Shown here one piece after another: positions 50,851 to 64,000 of a stretch of 64,000 nt of DNA. The notes beneath the pieces were generated by a model, which had not been told where the DNA came from, did not search any database, and saw only the letters and a list, made by a program, of their open reading frames with translations. Positions within the stretch are counted from its first letter, which is position 1, and each line of letters begins with the position of its first letter. The DNA comes from Octopus vulgaris. Lineage: Eukaryota. A program made the translations under genes and the position numbers. The stretch spans positions 47,740,001 to 47,804,000 of the forward strand of contig OX597823.1 of the NCBI GenBank assembly GCA_951406725.2, given 5' to 3'.

Positions 50851-50937
50851 AGCTTTAAAAGAGTTTTTTAGCTGCTATTTCTAATGAGTTCAGTATATAT
50901 ATAATATATATATATATATACTAAGCCCTTTTATATA

Positions 50938-51021
<84 letters not shown>

Positions 51022-51025
51022 ATGA

Positions 51026-51104
<79 letters not shown>

Positions 51105-51118
51105 CGTATGTATGTATG

Positions 51119-51182
<64 letters not shown>

Positions 51183-51661
51183 ATGTATGTATGTATATAT
51201 ATATATTGCAATGCTGAAATTTTTTGTTGACATTAAGACTTCATTCAACACTTTAAAAGACCTCTGAAATATTGAAACGTCCCTTGCTTGTGTAAACAAC
51301 TAATGGTTATCAACTAAGAGAGAATCTGGCAGTAAAATTCTGTGTCAAACAACTCTTCATCTAACTTATGCTGACATGGAAGTGTGAATACTAAATGAAC
51401 AAATGCACATACACACAGAGTTGTGCATGCATACGCGCACACACACACATGCACGCACGCACACACACACACACCCCCCACACACATGCCTACTCTATCT
51501 GTGGTTTAATATGACTACCTATTGTCTCATGTGAAGGGATCTTCCCAATTGTTCAAGTATGTGACAGGCAACTGTTGGCACTTGACCCATTTTGAAAACC
51601 AACACTTCCATGTGGAATGTGAAGATCTCTTGACATGAAGCCATTGATAGCCTTTTTTTAA

Positions 51662-51883
51662 CCCTTTCGTTACTGTATTTCTCCTGAGATGCTCTGTGTT
51701 TCATTCAATTAATTTTAAATATAACATAGAATTTAGTAAAATAACTTAGTTATCATTAGGCTAGTGTTAGGAACATAAATTGTGACAAAGGTTTGGTGGA
51801 AGATTTTGATTCAGAACTTATGAAAACAAGATATTTGTACTGCAGAGCCAGAGGCGGTTTCAGCCGGGTTGGTATCGAAAGGG
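51662..51883. mobile_element. piggyBac-type MITE
   Basis: ttaa|ccctttcgttac...gtatcgaaaggg|ttaa. Confidence 0.88.
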
Positions 51884-53487
51884 TTAACCCACAAAGTAAG
51901 AATATTTATCCACCAAAGCAGCGTTGAGTCACTCTCCCTTTACTCTGAGTTTTACCAACAAGTGCACAAAATAAAATATGACATTGTATACTCCTATATC
52001 ATTAAAGCACCTCATCATTTCTCCCTTTTAACTGGATATGTTCATTATGATGTATAAAATATCTGCAGTGCTTGAGATACAATATGTAGTTTTAAAACAG
52101 CTTCCTGCCATGGCCTATGCATTCTCAGTACTAGTTGTAATACATTTTACTATAGCTATATGATTACACAGTCCACTTTGCAATTACACCATTATGGATT
52201 TAATTCCATTGTATGACACCTTAAATAAGTATCTTCAGTTATGGGGTTGACCAAATACCTTGTAAGCAAAATTTCAGTATATGAAACAAGGGCAGGTGGT
52301 TCCTGTTTGGGCTCATACACACACTCACACACACACACACCTACATCCATCCAGTTACATACACATATGTGTATATATATATATAATATACTATATAAAT
52401 ATATGCATATATACAACATACATATATGTACATACCTACATATATATGTATATATACATGCATATATAGGTACAGGACATCAAAAAAAATGTTGAACACA
52501 ATGAGAAATGAAAACATAAAAACAAAAACTTAGAAACGAAGTTTTTTTCGAACAACGGAAAAAACAAACAGAGAAACGAGACATGCAACATAAAGAATAT
52601 TCCCCTTCAACAGTTGTCCCTGTTTCATCTACTTCCCGTTTCGATATATATATATTTATATATCCCCATCATAATTTTCCGTGATGGCATAGGTTGGACG
52701 ATTTGGACTAGAACTGGTAAGTTTGAGCACTGCACGCGGCTCCAGCCTGTTTTCGCTTGTTTTCTATGGCTGTTTTCTATAAGTGTGTGTACACTACACA
52801 TTGATCTAATATATATCTATATCTATATATATGTATCTATGTTGATATATAGATATGTAGATATAAATGTGTATATGTTTCTATGCTTATATACATGTTT
52901 GTCTATATTTGTCTCTGTTGTTTATGCTGTTACTGTTTAACCCCAGGTCAGCCTTGCTTGGGAAGAATTTCAGTTATGAACCACTAGCCTTTTTTTTTAG
53001 ATTTATGTCATACAATATTACCTAGAGTGTTATTTTTCATTAAATAAGACGCTATAGGCTTGAGTCTATATCTGTCTATACCAGTGTGAAATGGTGTGTT
53101 GAGTTGTGTCCCTTCAGTACTGAAGTGTAACTCAGTCATTCAATAAATAGAGGTCAAATATATAAGTCCCACACTGCAATAATATTGAAGATAATATGAT
53201 CAGCTACAATCCTTGATGGTGGTGCCCTACACTGGTTCTAGTCTAATGATCGAAACCAATAAAAGAATAATAGGCTATATGTATAATTAATGTTTCTACA
53301 GACTTTACTTATTAATTTAATTGCATCTACTTACAGCTTTCACCCCATTAATATATCTATATTAATTACCTATATATATGCTTGTGTGCGAGTGTGAGTG
53401 TATGTACATATATCTATATATTTACACATATATACATACATATATATGTATACATGTATAGGAATACATACATACATACATGCATGC

Positions 53488-53518
<31 letters not shown>

Positions 53519-54518
53519 CATACATACATACATACATACATACATACATACATGCATACATACATACTTGTAGAAAAAAGTTATGAATCAATTTAATTTT
53601 TGAAGGGACATATAAAATATCGCTCTATTTAATAAACATATACTTTGTTTATTTAATTAATCAACTTTTTTTTTTGTATTTTATCATAGTCATATTTACA
53701 AATTTTTGTCTGGTTATTTATTTAATTTTTTAAAATAGCATTCATTTTAACACTCAAACATGTGCTTATATTCTTATACAAACACTTATCAGGAAAACAA
53801 CTCACACATACTCACTATTTCCATTTATATACAGAACTAAACTAAAATACTTATTTTGATTACCATGGATTTTTTCTTGTTTTCTCATAAAAATAAAGGC
53901 CATCTATCATGGGGGGGAAAAAACCGCCCTACTTTCAAATTTTCTTTGTGTAGAATAAGCAGAAAATTACATCAAAAATTTATAATTTTAATCATACAAC
54001 AAATATTTTATGCATTTTCCAGATATTTATCATAGTGTATAGTTTGAAGAAAGATTGTATAAATTTAGGTACGTTTTACTTATTAACTAACAATTATCTG
54101 AATAGATTACTTTTCAGTTATGAGAAGTATACTTTATCAAATTCTTTTTAAACTATTACTTAGGTTGTGTACTTTCATGTTTAATTTCTTATGCTGTTTC
54201 ATTTTACATGTTAGAGTGCTTGTTTGATGCTTTGTAAGTAATGCTTGTTTAATGTTACTGTTATGTAGAACCTGCCTCTGCCTGTATATATACATACTTA
54301 AGTGGCTGCACTTTCCCTTTCAGTATATACGTATTAGGCATGCCATTGCATTCATAAACTGTACACACACACACACACATGCACACACATATATATATAT
54401 TTATACATATATATGTATGTATACATATACACATAATATTTATATATATGTATGTATGCATGTATGTATGTATGTATGTATGTATGTATGTATGTATGTA
54501 TGTATGTATGTATGTATG

Positions 54519-54579
<61 letters not shown>

Positions 54580-54618
54580 GTCTGTCTATCTATCAGTCTA
54601 TCTACGTATCTATCTATG

Positions 54619-54696
<78 letters not shown>

Positions 54697-55115
54697 GCTA
54701 GCTATCTACCCCTCCTCTCTCTCTCTCTCCCTCCATATATATATATATAGATCTATCTATCTTTCTATCTTTCTATCTTTCTATCTGGATTGAAAAATAG
54801 GGTGTAAAGGTGTGAAGGCGTTAGTGTCATGTACACCTTTTACCCTATCATTTCTCTGGTTACTCTCTCTTTGGTTGTGCGTGTTGTTGTTGTTGTTGTA
54901 ATGGTGGTAGTGGTGGTGATGGTCGTGGTAGTGTTGTCAGTATTATTTGTGTTGATTTGCCTGTTTTCATCATTGTTTTCATTGTTGCAGTTGTCATTAC
55001 TATCCTCGCTATTATCATTATTTTTACAGCTACATCATCATCATCATCGATTGAGTTATCATCAACATCCTCATCATCATCATCATCATCATCATCATTA
55101 TTATTATTAATACTA

Positions 55116-55330
55116 AGGCAATGAGCTGACAGAACTATTAGCACACCGGGCAAAATGCTTAGCAGTATTTTCTCTATCTTTACGTTCTGAGTTCAAATTC
55201 CGCTGAGGTTGACTTTGCCTTTCATCCTTTCAGGGTCAATAAATAAAGTACCGGTGAAACACCGGGGCTGATGTAACCGACTAGTCCCCTCTCTGCAAAA
55301 TTTCAACCCATGTGCTTATAGTAGAAAGGT
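55116..55330 (+). mobile_element. SINE family A in an (ATT)n context
   Basis: Head and core as in other A copies; tail ...tatagtagaaagg-ttatt. Confidence 0.88.
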
Positions 55331-55494
55331 TATTACCATTATTACTACAATTATTATTATCAGTCTTGTTACCATTAGTTTTTTCATTCCTGCAGGTGTG
55401 AGTGTTGTCATTATTTTTATTCCAGCAAGTGGTTGTGGTGGTGTTGTCACTGGTTCTAGTGTTGGGGTTTTTTAATATTTCTAAGTCTCTTTAA

Positions 55495-55714
55495 CCCTTT
55501 CGAATTCAGATTATTTTGTCAAATGTAATGTTTTTTAATTGACATTGTTTATAATTAATCATGCTTTATTTTGTAGCTATAAAGTTTTGATGATGAGATT
55601 GTATATTTCTAGAATGGCATTGAAGGGTAGGTATGATAGGTTGGATCTGACTAGTTAGAACATAATGCAGGTAGAATATTTGGGCCAGATATGGCCTGTT
55701 TTAATACCAAAGGG
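55495..55714. mobile_element. piggyBac-type MITE
   Basis: ttaa|ccctttcgaattcaga...ataccaaaggg|ttaa. Confidence 0.8.
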
Positions 55715-56032
55715 TTAAATGAGACTATGGCAGAGGTACTGGATATATTAATAGCCTGGTTCGGCTGCTCTACATTGATAAGGGGCAAATACCCTGTGAG
55801 CAATAAAGAAATAAATATTTACAACTCTTCAGACATGCTGGCCAGTAGCATATAGCCATTTGTGTTTTTTTATGCTGGAGGTAAGTATACAGTTCTACTT
55901 CAGTTGGTGTTAATGAAAAAGCAACCCAAATGAAAAAGAGGTGAAACGTTATAACATTTTCCAGGAGGGAAAGAGGAATTACGTCCTATGGGATGATGTC
56001 AGCTGTGCAATGTATACAAGATTTTTTGTTAA

Positions 56033-56069
<37 letters not shown>

Positions 56070-56084
56070 GTTATTATTATTATT

Positions 56085-56790
56085 CGGTGGCACGTATAAG
56101 CACCATCCGATCGTGGCCATTTGCCAGCCTTGTCTGGCACCTGTGCCGGTGGCACGCAAAAAGCACCCACTACACTCACGGAGTGGTTGGCGTTAGGAAG
56201 GGCATCCAGCTGTAGAAACACTGCCAGATCAGACTGGGCCTGGTGCAGCCTTCTGGCTTCCCAGACCCCAGTTAAACCATCCAACCCATGGTAGCATGGA
56301 AAGCGGACGTTAAACGATGATAATGATTATTAAGAAGTCAACGAACTGGCAGACTCATTAGCACGCCAGGCAAAATGCTTTGCAGTATTTTGTCTATCTT
56401 CACGTTCTGAGTTTGAATTCCCCCAAGGTCGACTTTACATTTCATCCTTTCAAGGTCAATAAATTAAGTACCAATGAAACACTGGGGTCGATGTAATTAA
56501 CTAGTTCCCATCCCCCACAATTTCAGGCCTTGTGCCTATAGTAGAAAGGAATATTATTATTATTAGGATGGTGAGCTGGCAGAATTGTTAGCACACCGGG
56601 CACAATGCTTAGTAGCATTTCATCCATCTCTTTTGGTTCTGAGTTCAAATTTTGCTAAGGTTGACTTTGCCTTTTATCTTTATGAGGGTCAATAAAATAA
56701 ATATCGGTTTAACAATGGGGTGGCGGGGTGATGTAATCAACTATACTCCTCCCCAAAATTGTTGGCCCTGAGCCAAAATTTGAAACCAAT
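56085..56790 (+). mobile_element. Cluster of family C (56085-56325) and two tandem SINE A copies (56335-56550, 56565-56790)
   Basis: Family motifs as above, separated by (ATT)n. Confidence 0.85.
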
Positions 56791-56793
56791 ATA

Positions 56794-56794
<1 letters not shown>

Positions 56795-56841
<47 letters not shown>

Positions 56842-56925
56842 TGTGTGTGTGTGCGTGTGTGTGTGTGTGTGTGCGACTGTGTATGAGAGCAGTCAAATGA
56901 CTGAAACAAGTAAAAGAATAAAAGA

Positions 56926-56961
<36 letters not shown>

Positions 56962-57256
56962 AGATAGATTAGATAGATATATTTATATATACACACACAA
57001 ATCAAGGTTTGTGTAATCTTTGCTACATGTATGTGAGTGTATTGAAAGGAAGGTAAACACACACACACACACACACTCACACACACACACACATACACTC
57101 ACATACACTCACATGCACATGTTAAAAGAACATTTTAAATATATGCCACACTTTGCATTATGCTTAACACCCTACTGCATAACATGTACATCCATAAATA
57201 TGCACACACACACACATACATGTATGTGTATACATATGTGTGTATGTGTACATATG

Positions 57257-57298
<42 letters not shown>

Positions 57299-57431
57299 GG
57301 TATATATATATGTATATATATAAATATGTATATATGTATATGGATATACATATATATGTATATATATGTGTGCGTGTATGTGCATGCATGTGTATTTATA
57401 TATATATATATATATATATATGCATACATAC

Positions 57432-57485
<54 letters not shown>

Positions 57486-57896
57486 ACATACATATATATA
57501 TATATATGCATATATATAAATATATATATATGTATACATGTATATATATACACACACACACACGTACATGCACACACACATATATATACACGTGTATGTG
57601 TGTGTGTGTATATTTTACAGTAGGGTATAAAGCATGACACAGACTAAGGCATATCTCTAACACACGGTCTCCTTTCTCCTTTCCACCGAAAGTTGAACCT
57701 TTCAAAAAACCCTTTCCAACAACTTATCCAATTGTTTTTTTTTTTTATTTAGTTATTCATTTATTTATCTATTTATTTATTTATTTATTCATTCCCTCTC
57801 CTGTCATATAGACCAATATTGAATTAATCGGTTATTTTTATTATTTTGCCGCCGTTTCTGCATTGTAACCAGTTATTCATTTGAATATAGGAATAC

Positions 57897-57956
<60 letters not shown>

Positions 57957-58168
57957 TACCTAGTTTCTTTCATATATGAAAAATCAAATAAAATTCCAAA
58001 TTTACCTAATTTTACTACTTTCCTGCTTGCCATCTTGTGTAAGTTTACCCCTCCTTTCAATTCACTCACATACATATTGCAAAGATTACACAAACCTTGT
58101 TTTGTTTTGTTTTTGTTTTTTGTTCTGTTTTTTTTTTTATCCTTCTTCTTCCTTTTTTTTCTTCTGCT

Positions 58169-58200
<32 letters not shown>

Positions 58201-58545
58201 TTCTTCTTCTTCTTCTTCTTCTTCTTCTTCTTCTTCTTCTTCTTCTTCTTCTTCTTCTTCTTCTTCTTCTTCTTCTTCTTCTTCGGCTTTACCTAATTTT
58301 TAAAATGGAATCTTGTGTTTCTATTTTGTTATTCCTTTTCTTTTCTTTTTAAAATTTAAATGCAATAACAGAAAATGTATTTCAGAATGTAACTTTTACG
58401 TACATACATACATACATACAGATATATTTACACATACATTCACACATACATATATATATATAAATATATATATATATATGAATGCATACATATATACATA
58501 CATATATATATATGTGCATGTTTGTATATATGTGTGTATATATAT

Positions 58546-58577
<32 letters not shown>

Positions 58578-58889
58578 GTGCATATTTGTATATATGTGTG
58601 TATACACACACACACATATATATATAATATATATAATTGTTAAAGAGAACAACATACATATATATTCATACATATACATACACAAGCACATATACACAAA
58701 TGAACATGGACACAAACACACACACACACACACACACACTCACATACACATACATACATATATATATATATGAGAGAGTGCATAACAAAGATGCAGATAA
58801 ACTTATACACAAATATATGCATAAATAATACCTTGCTTACACACACACACACACACACAAATATTTACATAGACAAATATAATTATGCA

Positions 58890-58956
<67 letters not shown>

Positions 58957-59010
58957 ACAGACATATATACACATACATATATATAAAGATATATTTGTAT
59001 GTGTATAAAG
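56795..59010. repeat. Microsatellite-rich block: (TG)n, (CA)n, (TA)n, and (CTT)n at ~58165-58284
   Basis: Direct inspection. Confidence 0.9.
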
Positions 59011-59897
59011 TCTCTTAAGAATGCAGAAAACTCCAAGAAATGAGAAATATTTTCATTTTCAAATGAAGTTAAATGAAATGTATAACCTTAGCATAAGCTG
59101 CCTGACTCCCTGTTGCCAACCAAAATGTACACAAATGTGAAATTCTGGTTAAACTGTAAAATGTGTCACAGAACAAACAGCATAGATTTTCTTTCAGTAT
59201 CAAACTATTTGACCATTTTAACTGTAATGTGTTTTAGTTACCTAAATGTTTTATCTTGAAACAAGATTTGCAATTCATAATGAGATTTCTCATAAAAAGT
59301 ACCAAAACATTAACATTTCTCAGCAACATGAATTCGCAGACAATATAGAGGATAACCGTTGCTAGAGATTATACCACCATCACAACAACAACAATCATAT
59401 TTGTATGCAGAAATAATTCTGGAGAAATATCACTGAAAGTATATTTATCTACAATATTTTATTGCATTTTAACTTTTTCGTTTCAATGAAATCATTCTAA
59501 ATATTCCGAGAGTGGAAAATATAATAAAAGATCTAATATTAAAATCCTTGTGAAAATTATAAACTTTGTGAGGAAGCATGATATTGGGGCTCTTAGGAAA
59601 CACAGAAAGCAGAAGGAATTTTTCCAAGGAAAAACTGAAGAACTTTTATGGTAAAAGTTAAATAAGGAACTTTTGAGATGGAAACCTAATGTAATAATAC
59701 AAATTGAAAGCTATAAAAGAACTTCAATGAAATATGCTAATCATGAATATCTCTGAGGGACTCTGATGTAAGACATCTCATGAATATTCTAATGTAAGTT
59801 ACCAGGTAACCTTAAATAACCCAGCATTAGGAACTTTCATAGAAAGCTAAATATTGATTTTCTACATTAAGAGAAAGCTTCATATATATATATATAT

Positions 59898-60400
59898 ATC
59901 ATCATCATCATCATCATCATTTAACGTCCGCTTTCCATGCTAGCATGGGTTGGACGGTTCAACTGGGGTCTGGGAAGCCAGAAAGGCTGCACCAGGCCAG
60001 TCAGATCTGGCAGTGTTTCTACAGCTGGATGCCCTTCCTAACGCCAACCACTCCGTGAGTGTAGTGGGTGCTTTTTATGTGCCACCGACACAGGTGCCAG
60101 ACGAGGCTGGCGAACAGCCATGCTCGGATGGTGTTTTTTATGTGCCACCGACACAGGTGCCAGACGAGGCTGGCGAATGGCCACACTCGGATGGTGTTTT
60201 TTACGTGCCACTGGCACGGAGGCCAGGCGGGGCTGGCACGGCCACGATTGGATGGTGTTTGTTACGTGCCCACAGCATGGAGGCCAGTCGATGTGGTACT
60301 GGCTACGGCCATGTTCGGATGGTTTTCTTATGTGCCAACGGCACTGGTACCACAAAATACAAATTCCATTGATGTTCATCGATTTTGATTTGATTTGATT
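59898..60400 (-). mobile_element. Family C retroposon with five internal ~63-bp repeats
   Basis: ggtg(c/t)ttttta(c/t)gtgcc at ~60067, 60130, 60193, 60254 and 60321. Confidence 0.9.
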
Positions 60401-60406
60401 TATATA

Positions 60407-60440
<34 letters not shown>

Positions 60441-61823
60441 CATAAATATATATTATATAGGGGAAATGTATTGCAAATTCAAATTAATAACAGTATATTA
60501 CTGGTATTTATTTCATTGACCTAGGCTAGAATGCTAAGTTGACTGTAGAAGGATATGGAATTGCAGTGTAAAAGAACGAATCTAAATTCAAGGCTCTATT
60601 TTATTTGGCATTTTGGAAACACTTGTTGCAGGTGGTGGTGGTGTTGTTGTTGCTGGTAAAAGAGGATGTATTTCTAGGGCTGTGTGTAGATGTAATTAAC
60701 AATATTCATGAACAATTAACAGAAAATTTTATGACTGCACATAGTGTTTTCTGTGTTGGTCTTTTACAAATACTAACAGCAATAACTACATACTGGGAGA
60801 TTCACGAGAAATTAACTGGCCTATCACATTTGGAAAAGAAATTTTGCAGTATATTCATAATGATAAAATCTCTCTTTTCTATCTGCCACTGGTTGGTGGT
60901 AAGTGAGAATGGTGATGTAAAATGGCTGTCTCAACATTCTGCAATTAGTGTGAAAAATTCACCTTTATGCAGGGCTCAATGAAAAAGTTCCAGAAAGCTG
61001 AATTACATGTTGACTTGATGCTGATTGGTCAGTGAATCAGCCAATCATGTAAAATTACAGTGGTCTTATCATGGCGATCTAGTGATTCACTTTCAAATCT
61101 GCTGCACACTAATATAAATAATCTTCTTAAAATATCTGACAGAGTTCTCTGATTAAAACCTAAACCTCAAAGTAGAGGTGGCATAGAAGCTACAGCAGCA
61201 TATAACATTTGGAGACACTACCTACATTTGATAGATATAAAGAGATAAAGAATAATTCCTTTTGCAGCATATTACCAAGAAACCCAATAACAAATATAAC
61301 AGGAACAACAGTAAAGCAAAAAATCACGTCTTCAATGCTGGCTTTCTTCTTCAGCTCTCAATAGTTACTAACTCTTTGCAAAGCTTGAGTGAGATCCACA
61401 ATGTAACTCTGCTCTGAAATTTGAAACGATGCTACTGATACAACTACAGACATATTAAATTGCTCTATTATAAAAATCACCCAACTGATTGGCATAACAT
61501 TCCTGCCCAAAATAACCTCTAATCCACAACCAAGCTATCTCTTTTTCCTGCCCCTTCAATGATTATTACAGTAACCTCTAATCATTGGAGCTGGTTCCTC
61601 TTCTTCCTCATGTTACTTGTCTCTATTTTGTCACTTAGGTGGCCACCAACATCTACCTAAAATTTTTCCTATAAAGTGTCAATGGCAGTAATCTCTGTCT
61701 ATGAAGAGTATAGGTACAGTCTTTTCCCCCAGAACAAACTATTCATTAAAAAAAACAAATGGGAAAATCAAAACCCTCATAAACATTTGCAGTAAAGTAA
61801 CTAGAATCATTTCATTTTATATC

Positions 61824-62180
61824 AAGAGCACTCAGAGCGCACAAACCTCCGCCAGGCAACATCAATGTCCTCTCAACAATTAGCCAGAGATGATTTTTTA
61901 AATGAGAAATATCTGAAATAAACTCGACTGCTCTCACAAACGGGAATACTAAAAACGAACCTGACCACTCTCAAAAATTAAGTAAAAAACATGGAAAAAT
62001 AATCCAGAATCCTTGTCCAGTACCAGATTGATCCCAAAATCTAATCAGTTTGTGCCGTTCATGAGGCCAAACATCCTTGAAAGTCTCATCTGAATCCATT
62101 CAGCAGTTCTTGAGATATCTCTCCACGGTCTAACAAACAAACAAACAATACCTTTGCCTTCGTTAAAGCAGAGGTAATAA
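61824..62180 (-). mobile_element. Helentron-associated non-autonomous element (HINE/DINE-1-like)
   Basis: Minus strand: 5' ttattacctctgc, (gttt)n, subterminal inverted ggcggaggt, 3' hairpin gcgctctgagtgc. Confidence 0.75.
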
Positions 62181-62999
62181 GCCAAGATAAATATCCATAG
62201 CAAATATAGCTTAACCTTTACATAACATTACCTTCTGTCAACAATGCTATTTCTACCTTACTTTCTGTGCACAGATATTAAGTACATTTTACCTTATTCA
62301 GAACAGCAAGGTTTTCTTCAGCCAACTTATACATAACTTTTCTCTTAGAAAGATGAACAGTGAACAGTAACAGTCTGTGTATGCTGTGTAATTTACTGAA
62401 CAGTACTACATTTCCAGTGCCCTTGAGTCACTTATGACACAAGCTTTCAGCCATCTTTTCTTATTCAAATTAGTGTTAAATAGAGTAATGTTCTTGCTCC
62501 TAAATTGTTCAATCTACACATAACACCTATGTTGCACTCAACATCACAAATTATGGCAGGTACTCTTGGATCTTTTCTGTTTAGCTGCCACTTTTCAGCT
62601 TCTTCAATTTCTGTTACAATTGATTTCATATATGGTGTTATGATATAGTTTTGCACACTAATCATTAACATGAAATTCATTTTCGCCATAAATCAATAAA
62701 TAAAGAGTTAGAATTAACAGCTTTTAAAGTTTGCAAGTTTTGGGTAATTTTAGCTAATCGTAAGCCACAGACGCATTTATGCCTTTCCATAGTAACAAGC
62801 CAAGCTGATACCAAGCTGTTTGTATGTGCAGTCATTTTTCACTTTTTAAGTGGTGGTTGTGGGATGTGCAAAAAATAATAACTAAATAGGCTTTAAATCC
62901 CACACCAAAATTTTTTTCACGGTAGTAGTGGTGGAGAAATATGTACAGTGATGGGTATGTAATCATGAATTAAAATATGTATGGAGATCAAAGTTGGTT

Positions 63000-64000
63000 A
63001 TGCGTGCATATTTAGACGTGTTCTGTATTTTGCGATGAAAAAAATTTCTTTCTTTAAACGTTCTTGTAAAGAAATTGTATCTTTCCACTGGTAGAAGGAG
63101 TAAACTGTGAAATTTAGCTTGATGCTACCTGCACATTTCTCTGTGTTCACTTAAAGGAATTTGTCTGTATTGCAAGAACAAGATCTGCTTTTTATGTAGA
63201 GTTGTTCTCCGTCTCAATGTCATACTCATCTGTCCTATATAGTGATGTCCACAACCCAAGCAGGTTATTACATAAATTAAATTCTCAGAGGTACAATTGA
63301 AGTTGGTTTTAATTGTGAACCTCTCTCCTTGTTTGAAAAGGAAATCCGAGCCTTCAAGTAGGTTGGGGCATGTTCCACAGTTTGGGCGTCCACATTTTTT
63401 AACCGTTAGTTTTGTGGTTCTTGTGTAAAGATTTGCATTTGTTAGAAGTCTCTTTAGCGATTTTAGTTGTTTTTTGCATTTGATGAGTTTATGCGTTTTC
63501 AGGATGTTGTTCATTTTTGGGTCTCCAGTTAGTAAAGAAATATTTTGCACAATAGTGTTGCATGTTTCATTGTTTCTAGGTTTGTGGGTTGATATATACA
63601 ATAGTGTTTTGAGATGAGGTGTGGTGTTATGCTTTGTTGTTCTTAGTGTTTTTATGTCTAATTTCTTGGCATGCTAAATTCCATCGTCTATAATAGATGG
63701 TGGATATTGTCAGTTAGTGTTGTTTTGATGTCTTGAAGACGAAGGTCCCAAGTAGTTCTGTCAGATCCTTTTGCCAAATTAAAGGGGATATTCACTTTGA
63801 TGTATTTCAGGTGGTATGAGTTAAAAAGGAGATATTGTTTCGAGTCCGTTGATTTATGATAGATGTTAATTATAATTTGGTTGTTGACTTTTTTGTTATC
63901 ATAATTTCCAAAAATCGGGGCTGTTTTTTGTTGTATTCCATTGTGAATTGAATTGAATGTTACTATTTATATCATTTAGTGTTGATTTGAAGTCCAAAAG
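63000..64000 (-). mobile_element. Penelope-like element (Neptune-type), RT thumb plus GIY-YIG, disrupted; runs off the window
   Basis: ORF 63125-63601: KCGRPNCGTC linker, NCTSENLIYVITCLGCGHHYIGQ. Upstream IQFTMEY...IYHKSTDSKQYLLFNSYH...NIPFNLAK. Confidence 0.93.

Noticed and set aside
52490-52650. GAAAC...CTG(A/T)TGA motifs on minus (also ~45040-45100, and ~29640-29700 on plus) as hammerheads
   Set aside because: I could not assemble three stems around a core. They may be Penelope-terminal remnants but are unsupported as ribozymes.
56709-59036. Many overlapping ORFs rich in YI, CV, HT, YLSI or homopolymers (also 15.4-16.3, 22, 45.6, 49, 51 and 54 kb)
   Set aside because: They are stop-free translations of microsatellites.
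60060-60350. Repeat-spacer appearance resembling a CRISPR array (also 3190-3410)
   Set aside because: The spacers are homologous to each other, the array lies inside a dispersed eukaryotic retroposon, and no cas genes are present.

Overview
This is repeat-saturated, AT-rich eukaryotic DNA, apparently intronic or intergenic. The mix of tRNA-derived SINEs, dense (TA)n/(TACA)n/(TATC)n microsatellites and transposon classes fits an octopod cephalopod best, which is an inference from repeat character. I can support no intact host protein-coding gene; most ORF-track entries are microsatellite or SINE translations. Recognisable content: five short interspersed families (my labels A-E), non-LTR remnants (R4/Dong, CR1-group, RTE, two Penelope-like GIY-YIG elements), and DNA transposon remnants (mariner DD34D, pogo/Tigger, hAT, piggyBac-type MITEs, a Helitron, a Helentron-type element). 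The most interesting signal is a set of minimal type I hammerhead-ribozyme folds in Penelope-like termini. Two of them replace the conserved C3-G8 pair with U3-A8, and the stems covary between copies. Also notable: a CR1 3' tail shared with SINE B, an inverted duplication at a Penelope 5' junction, a ~500-bp foldback palindrome, and a polarity-switching A-tract satellite. Repeat boundaries were read by eye and are approximate unless termini are quoted.
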